Shown here in pieces: positions 1 through 18,930 of a DNA stretch of 64,000 nt; the stretch's first letter is position 1; every line of letters begins with the position of its first letter. The DNA comes from Blastocystis sp. Blastoise (taxonomy: Eukaryota; Protista; Bigyra: Opalinata): positions 620,001 through 684,000 of the forward strand of contig JBBPEB010000025.1 in the NCBI GenBank assembly GCA_039096225.1. Direction: 5' to 3'. Both the position numbers and the translations under genes were made by a program. The notes beneath the pieces were generated by a model. The model worked only from the letters and a program-made list of their open reading frames with translations. It did not search any database and was not told where the DNA came from.

Positions 1-1956
1 TATATATAATAATAGCATATAAATAAATATATATAAATAATGATAATAATATATAAACATAATAGTATATAAATAATAATAACATGTATAGTAGAATATA
101 CACAAGTATATCGTCACATTCTTTGGTTCCCCGCGGTTCAACGAATATCTCCTTCTTCTTATGTAAAACATCATAAAAATTGTGTGTTTTGAGGAGTTGA
201 ATATAGTCTGAAAGTGACTGAAATGAAGGAAAGAAAAGGACAATTCCCTAAAAATAGTGAAGTAACAATATATACCGATGTGAAAGATGAAATAATTTTT
301 TTTACATATATTCATAAATTTATTCTTATATAATATATATACACCAGGGGTAATAGTAAATAGCGATCGAAGAACATTAATAGAGTCTAAATACTATATA
401 TATATATATATATATAGAAATAATAATACCTATCTTTATAATTATAAAGAATATAAATTACTATACTTGATTAATTAATTAATATTCAAAATAAAAAATA
501 TAACTTACCATTTCTGTATTCCCACGATTTTTAAAAGAAAATTCAAATTCTTTGCCTGAAGGTCCTGAAGTTATAATAATGGGTTTAAATTGTTTTGGCG
601 GGACAATATGAGGGAGAGAAAGGGTTGTAATGGTGGCAGGATCTTTGGCGGGAAAAAGGGAACAAGTAAGATCAGATATCTATATATATAAACTATATTA
701 TCTACTGTGATGATGCGTACAATAGTATTATGTATATAATAATATTTTTAAATGAAAATGGAATATATATATATATTTAATTGTATACAGGTTTTAGTGT
801 CCCTCCAGTAAAGAGAATACTCCATGCTTGTTCTTCAATTTCTCTATATAGATGAATATATAATATAATATAATATAATATAATATAAGTTGTCTATATA
901 CTTGAAATAAGAAGCTGGGTTGAGATTAATATATTTAATAGAAACACTAGTAATGTCTGTACTTGAAGAAGGAGTATATATACATATTCGACCATTCTAT
1001 AGAATAAGTATAATAATAATAATAGAAATAGAAATGATGATTGTAATATATTATAATAATACTATAATATTATTATACATTATCACTGTTTTTTAAACTA
1101 AGAATAAATTGAAAAACAGTTGGAAAATAAGATCTATAATAACGGGAATCCACTTTATTTGTAGTCATTGATTGTTTTTCACATTTTACTTCGTTCTCTT
1201 TTTCCTTCTCTTGTTTTTGTTCTAAACGATCACAAAAACCATTGAGCTAATAAAATATGTATATAGTATAATGATTCATATAATATATTATAATACTATG
1301 ATAAATAAATGTAAATATTCAAATAATAACAACTATTAATAGATTTATAATAATCATTTTTTTATACTTTACGAAATAAGTTAGCTTTCTTAATATATGT
1401 ATTTATAGAGTATATATTTATATCTTCTAATTCTAATAGTATTAGTATATCACTAACGGAATATACAGGCTTTGATACTATATATATTTTATAGTTATAA
1501 TAAGAATATGTAACAAATAAAAATATAGTATACTCATAAAATACAAGAATATTCGAATGAAATAAATAGTTTATATATATATTATATATAATGTATATAC
1601 ACTCTTTCTTCTCAATTTTATCAAATAATAATAAAAGTTTATTTAAAATCATTAGTAGTTGTTGTATATAGAATATATTCCTTCCTCTTAAGCGTAACTT
1701 ATAACGATCAAGATAATTTTGCAACTGAAATAAACTACTATCAACCTATTATAAATCATTATATATATATATATATATATTTATAAAAGGTTCTAATCAG
1801 ATTAAGGAATCAGTCATAATAAATAAAAATATGGACTAAAACAATAATTATAAATAATATATATATATATACATGATATCTTTCTAATGATGGACTATAT
1901 ATATCATTTAATGAATCGATAACATTATGAGCTTCATCAAATATTATTACACTATT

Positions 1957-1987
<31 letters not shown>

Positions 1988-2029
1988 AATATATATAACA
2001 ATTGACATCATAAAAGTATAAAAAATAAA

Positions 2030-2066
<37 letters not shown>

Positions 2067-3990
2067 GATCGATTCCATAACTGTCTCTACTTTCTTTACT
2101 AAGTATCAAATTATAAGGAAGAAATACTAACTAGAATATAAAAGTAAATACAATATTATAATAAATAAACAAATGAAAATGTAAATAATAGAATAATTCA
2201 TAAAAAAGTATATTAATAAACAAACTGATATATATACATCAGCATTAGGAAGTGCGTCACGAACTGAATAATAGGGACACGTGCTACAAGAACATCCTTC
2301 GAAATACAATTCCTCAACAGAAAAATTATCTGACAATATAAAATCTGCAAATCGTTTACATTTCTCTGTTTCTTTAAAAGGACATTTTCCCTCCTTTTTC
2401 GTGGCGCGCTGCATCTGTAAACATTTTTCCTGAATATATTGGTCATTATCATTCGATCGAATTCTATATTTATATTCATATAGTTATATAAATTTATATT
2501 TCAAGTATAAAGGAAAATAATTAAAAAAAAAATAAAAAAACAGAATATATATATATAATTATTATAAATAGAATATTCTTATATACTGGTTATTAATACA
2601 ATAAACCTTTCTGGATCCCAATATAATTGATTTTACAGAAGGATAATAATCAGTTCTTTTGAATTCATTATATAATTGTTGAAGTTGAGAATGCGTACGA
2701 GAACATATATATATCTATATATATGTATATATATTTATTATTCAAATTATAGTGAAAAAACTATTATATATAAATGAAAACTTCCTGTATATAATAAATA
2801 AACTAGTATACTTTAGTTGTATATATAATATTATCTATCCGATCTTCTTCTTCTTCATATGAAATAATCTTAGAAGGAGAAGGAGAAGAAGAAGAATTAC
2901 TATATATAATATATTTAATATATATAATATATTTAATATATATAATATATTTAATATATATACTCATCATAATCAGATAATATGATGTCACTATCTATAT
3001 ACATAATTATTATAATTAATATACACATGAATAATAATAGAAACAAGATTTTAAAAACAAACTACTATTTTTTTAAATATATATATATATATTAATAACA
3101 AAAGAATAGATTATTATATGATTTCTTTCTATGTATATAACATATACATAAATACCTTCTTCTTCTTCTTTTTTATTTTTCTTTTCTGATTTGGATTCTA
3201 TCTATATATATGTATTTATAATTAAAAAAATATATAAAAAAATATAATTAAAAGAATATATAAAATAATATAATTAAAAAATATATAAAATAATATAATT
3301 AAAAAATATATAAAAAAATATAATTAAAAAATATAAAATATTATGATTAAAAAAATACATAAAATAATAATAATATAAATATACCTTTCGTCTCTTCTCA
3401 AGTGGAAATATAACTATATATATAGGAAATATATACATAATATTTAGAACAAATATATATAGATACTACTAGAAAATATATATATATATATACGTCCATT
3501 CTTATGAATTTCATTAATTCTTTGATCAAGTTCTCCAAGTTGATGAGACAATAATAATCTTTTTGTATATGTTTCCGAAGAATCATTCTCAACGTCTGCA
3601 AGCCATTTAGGAACGTTAGCTATTTTAAATATTATTGAATAATTGTGTGAAAGAATCTATGATGTCTATCTCTTGAAATATAAATATACATGGAACAGAT
3701 GGATCTTTACGTTTTAGATCATCTGGCAATCTAGGTGCATCCTTCAACCAGGTTAATGCACTGCAAAGAACACACAATGATTTTCCCTACGAAACTCATT
3801 TTTATAAGAAAAACAACAAAATGTACTGTTCCTGTTGGACTTTCTAAAATACCGACTTTTCCTTTAGCTAGTATGTCATATGCAGTATCCATAAACATCT
3901 TTTGACTTGGATAGGGATCAAATGGAAAGTGATAATTCTATTAATGGATAATCAAATAATGCCAAATTCTATATACACGTTCAATCCCAT
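1..3990 (-). CDS. CHL1: DDX11/CHL1-type Fe-S DNA helicase (XPD family), multi-exon, 3' end runs off the window
   Basis: Spliced exons give FPFDPYPSQ...GILESPTGT|GKSLCVLCSALTWL (Q motif and motif I), IYVSRTHSQLQQII, CPYYSVRDALPNADV, IIFDEAHNVIDS, ILFTGGTLKP and FSFKNRGN. ATG at 3990. Confidence 0.9.
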
Positions 3991-4468
3991 TTCCTGTGTC
4001 GTTCGATGTTGCTTTATCTTGATCCTTGTCCATGATATAGGAATAATTAACACAAATAATGATTATTCATTATTTACGGGAATACAAAACTTCAGTTTTT
4101 TCGCTGAAATTGTAGTTATACACATTCAGACTAACTGAATTAGGGTAGTATTATCTGGAAAAAACGGTGTACTAAGGAAGAAAATTGTGTGTTTTCAGTC
4201 CCACCTTTATATGGATTAGATAATTAATTTCTTCTTAAACTCATTTAATAAAACAATACTTTAAATAAACTTTAATAAGAGAGGTTTACTTTCTATCTCA
4301 AGCTATCAACATCTACTGTATTTAAAGAAAAGTAATTTACACAATTTTCAATTTTTTAGTATTTTTCTGGTTATTATTTTATTGTCTAGTTTCTCTAAAT
4401 ATACTTGAAATATTTACTATCATAGATTTATCTCATTTATCTATAGTTTTCTATTTTACTTAATAATA

Positions 4469-6037
4469 ATGGCGTCTTCTACCTTCTTTATGACTATTCC
4501 TGACACAACCTCTTCTCAGGGAAATGCCTATATAACGAGAGGTCCTGTAGTAGATCATATGCAACATCAGAGAGCAAGTGGGTATGCTCTTTTAGTTTTT
4601 CTTATTTCTTTTAATTATTTTTATTATTTTTTAATGTTTTTTTTTATGTATTTAATGTTTTTTAATGTTTTTTAAACTTTTGTTTATTATTTTATTATTA
4701 TTTTAATGTTTCTAAATGAACTATATTTTATGAAAATATTATGTTTGTATATATATAGAAATAGCACTCCAGCTCAAGTTCTTTTTATTCCAGCAACAGG
4801 GTATATAGTTATTTAATAAATATCACCTATTCTTTTAATATTTCTTAATTGTGTAAATCTATTTTTATTCTTAATATATATTATTTATATAGTAAGGTTT
4901 TGCTTCTTTTATTTGTATTTATATTGTTATCTTAGTTATGCGTAAAAATGCAGAAATGATGTTCTTTGCTCAATATAAGAATTATTTGTCATTATATACA
5001 ATGTTAGCTGTTTGGGTTATAATATCAAGTGTATACTATTTTAATATACTTTTTTTTTATAAATCAATTTATATAGATATATATATTAATTATGAAAAAT
5101 ACTATTTTTATATAAAATATATTATTTAACTATATATATTTAGTTTATGGTGACTTATTATATACTTCCAATTGCATTATTATGTTTAATTGGAAGGTTT
5201 TTAGTAAACAGAATTTGCCTTTATATTGTATATATATTATCTATTAGCTATTAGTTATTATTATATTTATGATTAATTATTTTATTTATTATTAATAGTT
5301 TTTATTATATATCTATTATAAAAATATGTAAATATGCTTTTTTTAATCCCTATTTCTATTTAATATATATATATATAAAGACTTCTGGTTGTTTGATTGC
5401 TGTGAATATATATGCATTTTTGGATATTTTTTATATCAATCCCAAATACACTACAGATACGCTTCTGGTACAACTTCTATTCTTATGTGTTTTCTCGGTA
5501 TCCTGCACATTCTTCTCTATTTATGTCTCTTATCAATGGTATTCTATTCAAGCAGATGGTATATATTTATTATAATATTATGGATTATAGATTATATAGT
5601 GTTATATTTATTATATTTATGATATTCATATATCATTAACTTATATATTATGTTTACTAATTAATACTATTGTTATATTCATATATCATTAATTTATATA
5701 TTATGTTTACTCTAATATACGATTATTATATTCATATTCTTCTTATTCAACAGTATATAACATAAATATTATATATTTAGATTATAAGTTTTTTAAACAA
5801 ATATCAACAGGATCTAAAATATCAAATCCTAAATTATTCTTTCAAAATTATTGTGTTAATCAATCTACTCTTCCTTCTGTACCTCCATCTATTATGTCTA
5901 ATCCTATTAATACTTCTTATAATAATAACTTTATACCACAAGGAACGAATGGTATTAATATAAATAATAATATACCTTCTTCTGTTTTCAATTCATCACC
6001 CACACTTCAAGAACCACTAATTATTAATCAATCCTAG
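4469..6037 (+). CDS. Hypothetical multi-pass membrane protein, multi-exon
   Basis: Several hydrophobic exons joined by GT-AG introns, a low-complexity Ser/Asn/Pro tail and TAG at 6035-6037. The exon 2/3 phase could not be resolved cleanly. Confidence 0.6.
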
Positions 6038-6345
6038 GTATATATCCTATAGTCTTTCTTTTCACTTTTTTTAATTGTCCTTTTCCTTCTTTTTTATGTA
6101 AAAACTAGCTTTTGTTCGTTCTTGTAATTTCTATTCTTTTGTTCACAATGTATAGTCTATATTATCACACACAACAGAACCTAAAAAAAGAACAAAACAC
6201 ATTAAATCATTGAAACAAAGACTCAAACACATTAATACATCAAAAAACAAAAAAACAAAGACAAATATGCAACTAAAAAACATAAATAAATATGGCACAA
6301 ACATTTAATAAACAAATAATTCAACAACAAATCAAAGCAATCACC

Positions 6346-6516
6346 TCAGAAGAACAGATTCTTAAATAATGCTCTTGGTTTGCAATCAGACATATCATTA
6401 TTAATAAATAAACACTTCGAAGGAGATGAAGGACCATAGATTCTTTCGTTCATCATATGTTGTGAGACAGCAAATGTATGTTGTTGGCTTAATATCACAG
6501 TATTACTCGATTCCAT
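6346..6516 (-). CDS. Possible small protein (56 aa, MESSNTVILSQQHTF...KNLFF)
   Basis: Open frame with coding-like GC content, followed by a GT-rich tract. No recognisable homology. Confidence 0.3.
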   Translation of the reverse strand: MESSNTVILSQQHTFAVSQHMMNERIYGPSSPSKCLFINNDMSDCKPRALFKNLFF

Positions 6517-6787
6517 AACAGCTTAATAAATATTATAATAAAAAGTTGTTTCACTTATAGAAAGCAAATATGAACAAAAAACGAAAAACAAACTTTTAGG
6601 TGGGAAGATGTTCGTCAGTTTCCAATTCAAAAACCACCCATAAAACAATTTCTTATTGGATAGGAATCTCTGAGAAAATTCTTGACTTTTTCTTTCCCAC
6701 CATTTTTAAGATTATAATTATTTTGTAAATAATTAGAGTATAAAACACATTGAACATAAAACAACTTTTCCCAAAGCCCTATGAAGA

Positions 6788-6929
6788 GGGATAATTTATG
6801 CTCAGCATAGTATGACGAAAAAATTCATGCTCAGCATAGTATGGCCAATAGGCTACCCGCCTATTGGCCTGGTCTACTATGCATACTCTAAAGAAAACAC
6901 CTTCTACTATGCTGAGTGTGAATTACGCC
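6788..6929. mobile_element. 142-bp non-autonomous DNA transposon (MITE, Mutator-like)
   Basis: Flanking direct repeat CCTATGAAGA (6778-6787 and 6930-6939). 25-bp imperfect TIRs: GGGATAATTTATGCTCAGCATAGTA versus GGCGTAATTCACACTCAGCATAGTA (reverse complement of the right end). Internal perfect 11-bp hairpin at 6843-6869. Confidence 0.8.
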
Positions 6930-7500
6930 CCTATGAAGATGACAAAATCCATAAATTTTGAAAAGATAAGTAAATGATTATGAATATTTGTTATTTGGCG
7001 TTTTATTGACTGCTTAATACACAACTTTGTTGATAAGGTTATAGAAAAGGAAACACTGGAATAATAAAGATACTACACAATTTTTATTATTCACATTTGC
7101 TAATTAAATGATTTTGAATATATCTATGCGTTAGATAGATTGAGTATATTTCAGTTACAAAGTCTATTCATAAGAAACCACCATGATGACAGCGATGCTA
7201 ATCATAGAATACTATATAATGCGTGATATTTATGACGATTCAATTGCGTATTTGTTCTCTCATTTCGTTAAATTATAAAAAACCACATGCTAATAGTATA
7301 AAGAAAAATTAAAATAGTATTTGTTTCTCTTCTGCTTTTTTGTATTGATTTTCATTGTATTTAAACTATTCTATTTTATTGGTATAATGAATATCACAAT
7401 CTAAACAATATTTTATTAAATAAAGGCTAATAAAAACAAATGAAAAATTTGGAATTTTTTTGTTATTAATTAAATTGAAAGCATATAACTCTAACTAATA

Positions 7501-10500
7501 ATGGCATATATTTACAATCTAGAGCCGTTTACAGAAGGAAAAGTTATTCTTCATACAGATAAAGGTGATGTCACCATTGAATTATGGCCGAAACAGTCTC
7601 CTTTGGCTGTGAGAAACTTTGTTCAACTTTGTTTAGAAGGATATTATGATAACACTATATTCCACCGAATAATCAAAGGAATGATGGTTCAAGGAGGTGA
7701 TCCAACCGGTACAGGAGCAGGTGGCGAATCAATATATGATGGTCCATTTAAAGATGAATTTAATCAACGATTAAAGTTTAGTCATCGAGGTATTGTTGCT
7801 ATGGCAAATTCAAATATCCCAAATACGAATCAAAGTCAATTTTTTATCACTCTCGATAAAACAGAATGGCTCACTGGAAAGCATACCATTTTTGGTCGAG
7901 TATGAATGTGGATATTATTATTTTTTTAAATATATTTTATATACTATTTATATTATATTAATATTATATGTTTTATTATATAAATATTATATGTTTTATT
8001 ATATGAATATAATATAATATGTTTATAATATTAATATAATATGAATAGTATATGTTTTATTATATAAATATTATATGTTTTATTATATAAATATAATATA
8101 ATATGTTTATAATATTAATATAATATGAATATTATATGTTATATTATATTTCTATTTAATATGTTATTTACAAATACTATATTCTAGGTAAATGACGATA
8201 CTATATATAATATATTAAGAATGGCTGATTTGGAAATAGGCAAGGAAGACCGTCCTGTATATCCTCCAAAAATCATTAACGTTACTGTTGTTGATAATCC
8301 ATTCCCTGATATTGTTCCTAGGTATATATTATAATGTTTTATATATAGTGTTATATATATTATTTAAATACATAGTTGTGAACATATATATATATATTGA
8401 ACAATATCTATAACTATTTATATACTATATTATTTTTATATATAAAAAATGTAATGTTTTTAAACACAAATATAACAATACTATATATATAGAGTGATAA
8501 AGAAGAAAGAAGATGGTGTGAAGAAAGATAAAGAAAAGACCAAGAAAGTTAAGAAAGCTGTGAAGAACTTGAAGCTATTATCATTTGGAGAAGATGAAGA
8601 AGAATTGAATTCTATTGTTCAAAAGAAAAACTGTATGTATTCAGTTATCTATAGACTATAATTATGATCAATATGCTTTGTATTAATTATAAATAAAAAA
8701 TATATATTTTTTTCATATATATTTATATAATAATATTAGTGTATATTATTTATAGTAAAGAATTCTGTTATTCCAGAAGATATTGCTGTTCAAGAAAGTA
8801 TATATTATCTATATGATTCGAAATATAATAATGTGTTTTTTATTATATTCTGAGTATAGGTTTAGAACGAGAAAAAGAGCAATTAGAAAAAGAAGAGAAA
8901 AAGAGAAAAGAAATAGAAGAGCAAAAGAAAATGGATATACCAAAAACTTCTGATGAATCTACAACTAAAACTGAACCAAAAGATTATGAAGAAAAAATGA
9001 TAGAGAAGATGAAAGAAAAAGAAAAGAAATTTCAAGAAAAAAAGAAATTAGAAGAGGAGAAAAAGAAACAGTATATTATTATGTTTATTATTTATTATTT
9101 ATTATTTATTATTTATTATTTATTATTTATTATTTATTATTTATTTATTATTTATTATTTATTATTTATTATTTATTATTTATTATTTATTATTTATTAT
9201 TTATTATTTATTATTTATTATTTATTATTTATTATTTATTATTTATTATTTATTATTTATTATTTATTATTTATTATTTATTATTTATTATTTATTATTT
9301 ATTATTTATTATTTATTATTTATTATTTATTATTTATTATTTATTATTTATTATTTATTATTTATTATTTATTATTTATTATTTATTATTTATTATTTAT
9401 TATTTATTATTTATTATTTATTATTTATTATTTATTATTTATTATTTATTATTTATTATTATTATTCAATAGGAAAGATCTTGAAGAAGCTGTTAAAAAG
9501 CAATTAAAGTCAAGAAAGAATGATTTAAATGATGTATATATATATATATATGTATATCGAATACAATGATCTTTTTTATTGCATTATATTAATTAGTTTC
9601 GTTATTTATATACATGACTATATATATAAATATAGGATTCCAAGATAATTGTAAAGCCAAAGATAGATATAGAGAATGCAAAGAATACTGTTTTAGACCC
9701 ATCTTCCTATAAACGTAAGGTAGCTATTCAGAAGAAAGAAATTCTTCAAAAACAACAAGTCTCTGTATATAGGTTATTATACTTATTATTATACTTATTA
9801 TTATACTATTTTATTATTATCATGTTACTATTTATTATTATGATACTCATTATTATTATTTTGCTTTTTTTCAAGTAATATAAAATAAATAGTTATATAT
9901 ATTTATATTTTATTCTATAGACTAGTGATTTATTAAAACAATTCAAAAATCGTCTGAAATCAGCTTGGAAAGAGAAAAGTAATATATAGAATTATATTAT
10001 TATACATTTTATTCCATAAAGATAACTATATAATTTATGACTTATATATAACAATAGAATAGATAAAGAATATTCACTATTCTATATTTATTGTTTTATC
10101 TATATATTACTGTATATTTATAATTCAAATATATATAAAAGAGGAACCAGAGAAGAAAGAAGATGATGAAGATAAAGATATAGATAAGAAAACAAATATA
10201 AAGAATAAACGAAATATAGATGATGATGATGAAAGTGACGATGGTATATATACATATATTATTATATATTATATATTATATATTTATTTATATATTATAT
10301 ATTATATATTATATAGATGTTAATGATAATAGCTGGATGACTTCTCAGTTGAGATTTACACATCATATCGACGTATATATATAATAAATAAATATATAAT
10401 AAATATATATGTATATAATAATAAATATATGTATAATAATTATATATGCATATATATATAATTAATAAATATATATAATAGTCAAAGTATATAATAATAA

Positions 10501-10792
10501 ATGTATATATATATAATTATAGGATGAATTACGTATGGGATTTGAACCCCGCGGGGATGATTATCTTACTTTAGATCCTCGTCTTGAATCCAAAGATCCT
10601 ATAGTATATATATATATTATTATCATGAATTAATTTTTTTTTTATAAATAATAATAATCAAAAGAATTCTATAATAATTAATAATTAATAATATAGAAGA
10701 AAGAGTATACACATGATAGAGACCATGAATATTCGCATCATTCACATTCTCATCATTCGGATTCTCGCCATTCTTATAAACATAGACATTAA
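7501..10792 (+). CDS. CWC27: Spliceosome-associated cyclophilin CWC27
   Basis: N-terminus MAYIYNLEPFTEGKVILHT...IELWPKQSPLAVRNFVQLCLEGYYDNTIFHR, later NPFPDIVPR, KNLKLLSFGEDEEE, WMTSQLRF and DDYLTLDPR. TAA at 10790-10792. Confidence 0.92.
9084..9465 (+). repeat. Intronic 11-bp tandem repeat (TTATTATTTAT-type)
   Basis: Seen directly. It generates the YYLLFII artefact in the ORF track. Confidence 0.95.
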
Positions 10793-11392
10793 ATAATTAT
10801 GTAATTTCCACTTTACTTTTATATATTTATGTATATTTCTTAAAATTGAGTTTCTAAAATGTTTCTAATATATTATTTGTGCTTTCTATTCATAATATTG
10901 TTATGGATAAAATACGAAACTCAATGATCAAGATTTGTTTACAAACAACTACTCTATTATTTGGGTAAACAATTTATATGAAATTGAATATTATTTAACA
11001 TCTTTAATAAACCATCTTTCAATATAATCATATATTTTAAAAGATTAAAAGAACAATAATTACAATTTTTAAATTTATTCCGCCAAAGTTTTTTTTGATG
11101 GCAGAGAAATCATAGTTAAATGACTTTAATACTCTGGATAATGGAAAACAACGAAAATGCAAGTCAAGTCAATCATAAAAACATAAAATAATCCTTTTCA
11201 AATATATGATCGTGTACACTATGATGTTTTCAGTATATAAACAAAAAAGATATAAATGAATCACTTCATCCATGATGATCTTCGACATAAAGTTTTTCTA
11301 TCTGTTGTCAGTTTCGTTTTTTTAACTAATTTTCTTTTCAGTATTCCCGTTTCTATATACTACATTGATAATTATTTTAAACTGTATTCTTC

Positions 11393-12119
11393 ATGGAACA
11401 CTATAATACAAGAAATGAAGTTGCTTTCACATATCCTATGAATAACAGTTGGCTTTCACAGTGTACATTTATCTTATATGTTTTTCATATCATTATTTTA
11501 ATAGCTAGAAAACGAAGATTGAACACTGAAGATCATACAAATTTACCCTCAATTTCTTCAAAGAAAAATTGTCCATCCATGTAATTGTTTTTTAAATAAA
11601 ATTATGATGTTATTATGCTATTAGATTCTCTGTTAATTACGACCAAGAGATTCAAAAGGAAATGTCACTTCATTTTAGCAATCAAACCAATTCAACACTT
11701 CCTCAAACTCCAAGTATGTGATAAACTATGTTAAATAAATATATATATATTTATAATTATCATTAAATTATATATATATTTTATTAGGTCAATATAATCC
11801 TCATGAATGTGCAAGAACAAATCGTCATTATAATTCAATATTATCTTCTTCATATATGAATAATTCTTCAGAAAAACATAATAGAGATATAAATCCTTGT
11901 AAAACAAGTAATACAATGTATAATGGTTTTTATTTTGATACATATTCTTGTTTGCCACATTCAAATAATTCTATTTGTAAAAATTTAATGAATGATTTTG
12001 ATGAAGTTTTAAGTGATAAACAAGACGATGCAGATGTTTCCAATGAGGAATCATGCTATCCAATTTATACACCACTTAATAATCAACAGAATTGTCAGAA
12101 TGAAGATATTATGATGTAA
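11393..12119 (+). CDS. Hypothetical protein, 4 exons
   Basis: MEHYNTRNEV... splices in frame through three short GT-AG introns into the 11856-12119 ORF. No recognisable domain. Confidence 0.55.
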
Positions 12120-12574
12120 ATTATAGGCTATTATTATTATTATTTCATTTGTCATTTGTATAATATATTTCTATACATATATATTTCAATTTTCTTGTTG
12201 TTCAATAATATATTACTATTATTTGCATATATATCTTCTTCATTTGTTATACCCTACCTTACAAAGAATTTTATATGTTAATAGAATATTCGTATTTCTA
12301 CAAAAAAAGTCTTGGTTATTTTTATTTTTTCTCTCTTTTTTTGTTTTTTTTAATTTTTCTTCTTTTTATTGTTTTGATTCCTGGGAAAAGAGTGAAGAAG
12401 ACGTCTGTTTTCTTATAAAATCTTGGAACTTATTTCTTGTTACTTTTTCTTTTTATTTTGAATTAAAGTATTAACCTTCATTTTCTTGTAATCAAGACAA
12501 AATATTATTGTGAAATAAAATTCTCTATAAGTTTGTTTTGTTTGTTAGTAGTGTCACATATATAAAGAAAACTC

Positions 12575-16794
<4,220 letters not shown>

Positions 16795-17697
16795 TTATGT
16801 ATATATATTCTATAGTTTTAGATATATATTATGAAAATGTTTTTTCTTATCTTTATATATACTATCATTGTTTTCCAATAATAATTATCTTTTTCTTTAT
16901 TTATACATATAATTATACTTATTATATATATATAAACTTCATATATATTTTATCATCATCAATATATAACTCTTATCTATATTTATTGAGAAACATATAT
17001 TATTTCTCCATATATTTATATTTATATTTCATACTAGTCTATTTTAAATTTTCTAATCATTTTTTTTTCCTTTCTTATATTATCTATATTCAAATCTCGT
17101 TTTTATTTATTCTATCACTATGCTACACCTTCTTATTATAATATTTTACTATGATTGTATACAAGAAGAGAATTATAGTATATATGATTCATTTTCTTTT
17201 TTTTTAGTTATGTTACCTTCATCATATATTTAAGGTTCACTTATTTTCTCCTCGTTTCTTCATCAGAAAATACTTGAGGATCATTCTCTTAATGACAAAA
17301 CACTTTTTCAACGCTTTTAAAGAAATTTCGTTTAATTTTCATCATGATACATATGTTTTTCATTCCATATTATTACTCCAAACTATATATATTATAATAA
17401 ACTTATTAAACTTGATAAAAAAGATTTTGTTAAAAAACATCGTTTTCATTCTTATTTTTCTTTTTATACTATATATTTTTGTATATTTAACATATCTATA
17501 TATAACAATTTAACATAAAGAAATCGTTCAAATTACGATTATTCGCTTCGAAAACTAAGTCAAATATTATAAATAGCTAACATGCAATTTTATTGGTTGA
17601 ACGAAATTTTGGTCAAGAAATGTTTCAATAACCATAAAAAGAAATTCATTTTTGAAACCTCATATTATCCATATTTTTAAATACAATTTTCTGAACC

Positions 17698-18322
17698 ATG
17701 AGTGAACATATTACTAGAATTTGTGAACAAAGAAGATCTATCAGACAATATCAAGATAAACCTATTCCTAAAGAAATTCTTGATAAAGTATTAAGTAATG
17801 TTATTCTTTGTCCTACAGCTGGAAATCAACAATCATATCATGTTTATTGTATCACCAATAAAGATATTATTTCTAAGATAGCTCATGATGCTAGTGGTCA
17901 GCTCTGGATTGAAACTGCTCCTTGTGTATTAGTTTTCTGTCAAGATCCTCAAAGAGCTGGAGATAAATATGGTGCAAGAGGTCATGATGTCTTTGGTATT
18001 CAAGATGCTACTATTGCTCAATCCTTTGCACTTTTTGCTGCTTATGAACAAGAACTTGGTATATAATATATATTATATATATTAAATTTCTATTATATAT
18101 GTTATTTATTGATACTATCAAAGTCATCACATATATACTTATTACATATATATAGCTTCTTGTTGGGTAGGTGGATTTAGCGTTCAAAAAGTTCAAGAAA
18201 TAGTAAATATTCCTGAACCTTTTGAACCTCTTGGTATTTTAACTCTTGGATTTGCTGCTGCTGGTCCCAGAAGTGATAGACATCGTAGAGAATTTGATGA
18301 AGTTATTTCTTATGTAGAATAA
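17698..18322 (+). CDS. FMN-dependent nitroreductase family protein, 2 exons
   Basis: RRSIRQY, CPTAGNQQSYH, QDATIAQSFALFAAYEQEL|ASCWVGGF and PLGILTLG. Intron at 18059-18155. Confidence 0.92.
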
Positions 18323-18930
18323 ACTGTTTTCATGAATCGTTATGTTGTTTCTTAGCATCTTTTATATAGTGTTTATTACAATTCTTTTTTCTTTTTTTTT
18401 TATTAAATTCATAAAATAATATGATTCTATAAGTAATATAAAAACAAATGGTTCCTTTCTGTCATTATATAGTTTGTTACATATACTTTCATTATTACCT
18501 AATATTATTAGAAACACCAAAAACGATACTACAAATAAGTTAGGAATGTATACGTTTTTATCTCTTAATTATAGTATATTTTATTCTGTAACAACAATAA
18601 AAAATTGAATGTGTTTTAAAAAACAAACACATATGCCTTATAATTTTTCTCTGTTTTTCAAAAGAAAGATCAACTGAATATTTCCCTGTGTTTAATTAAA
18701 AAAGAATAATCCGAATTCGAATTCTATTACGTAGTAGCAACAATGCAAAATACGTCACCAAAAATATTTTTTGTATATGAAGGATCCAGTTTGTATTGGT
18801 CAGTTAGTGACTGTTAACCAATAAGACGATGCTGACTTGTAATGTAGTCCTCAAAAGTTTTTTTGTTATTTCTAAAAAATAAAAAAGATATTAAATTTTT
18901 GATAAACGGAGTTTAAATAATATTCAGATC

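Noticed and set aside
7183-7260. ATGATGA C-box-like motif in intergenic DNA
   Set aside because: No downstream CTGA D box and no rRNA-complementary guide.
18793-18822. Imperfect inverted repeat with two CCAAT boxes upstream of the acyl-CoA ligase
   Set aside because: Short and plausible by chance or as an ordinary promoter element, with no independent support.
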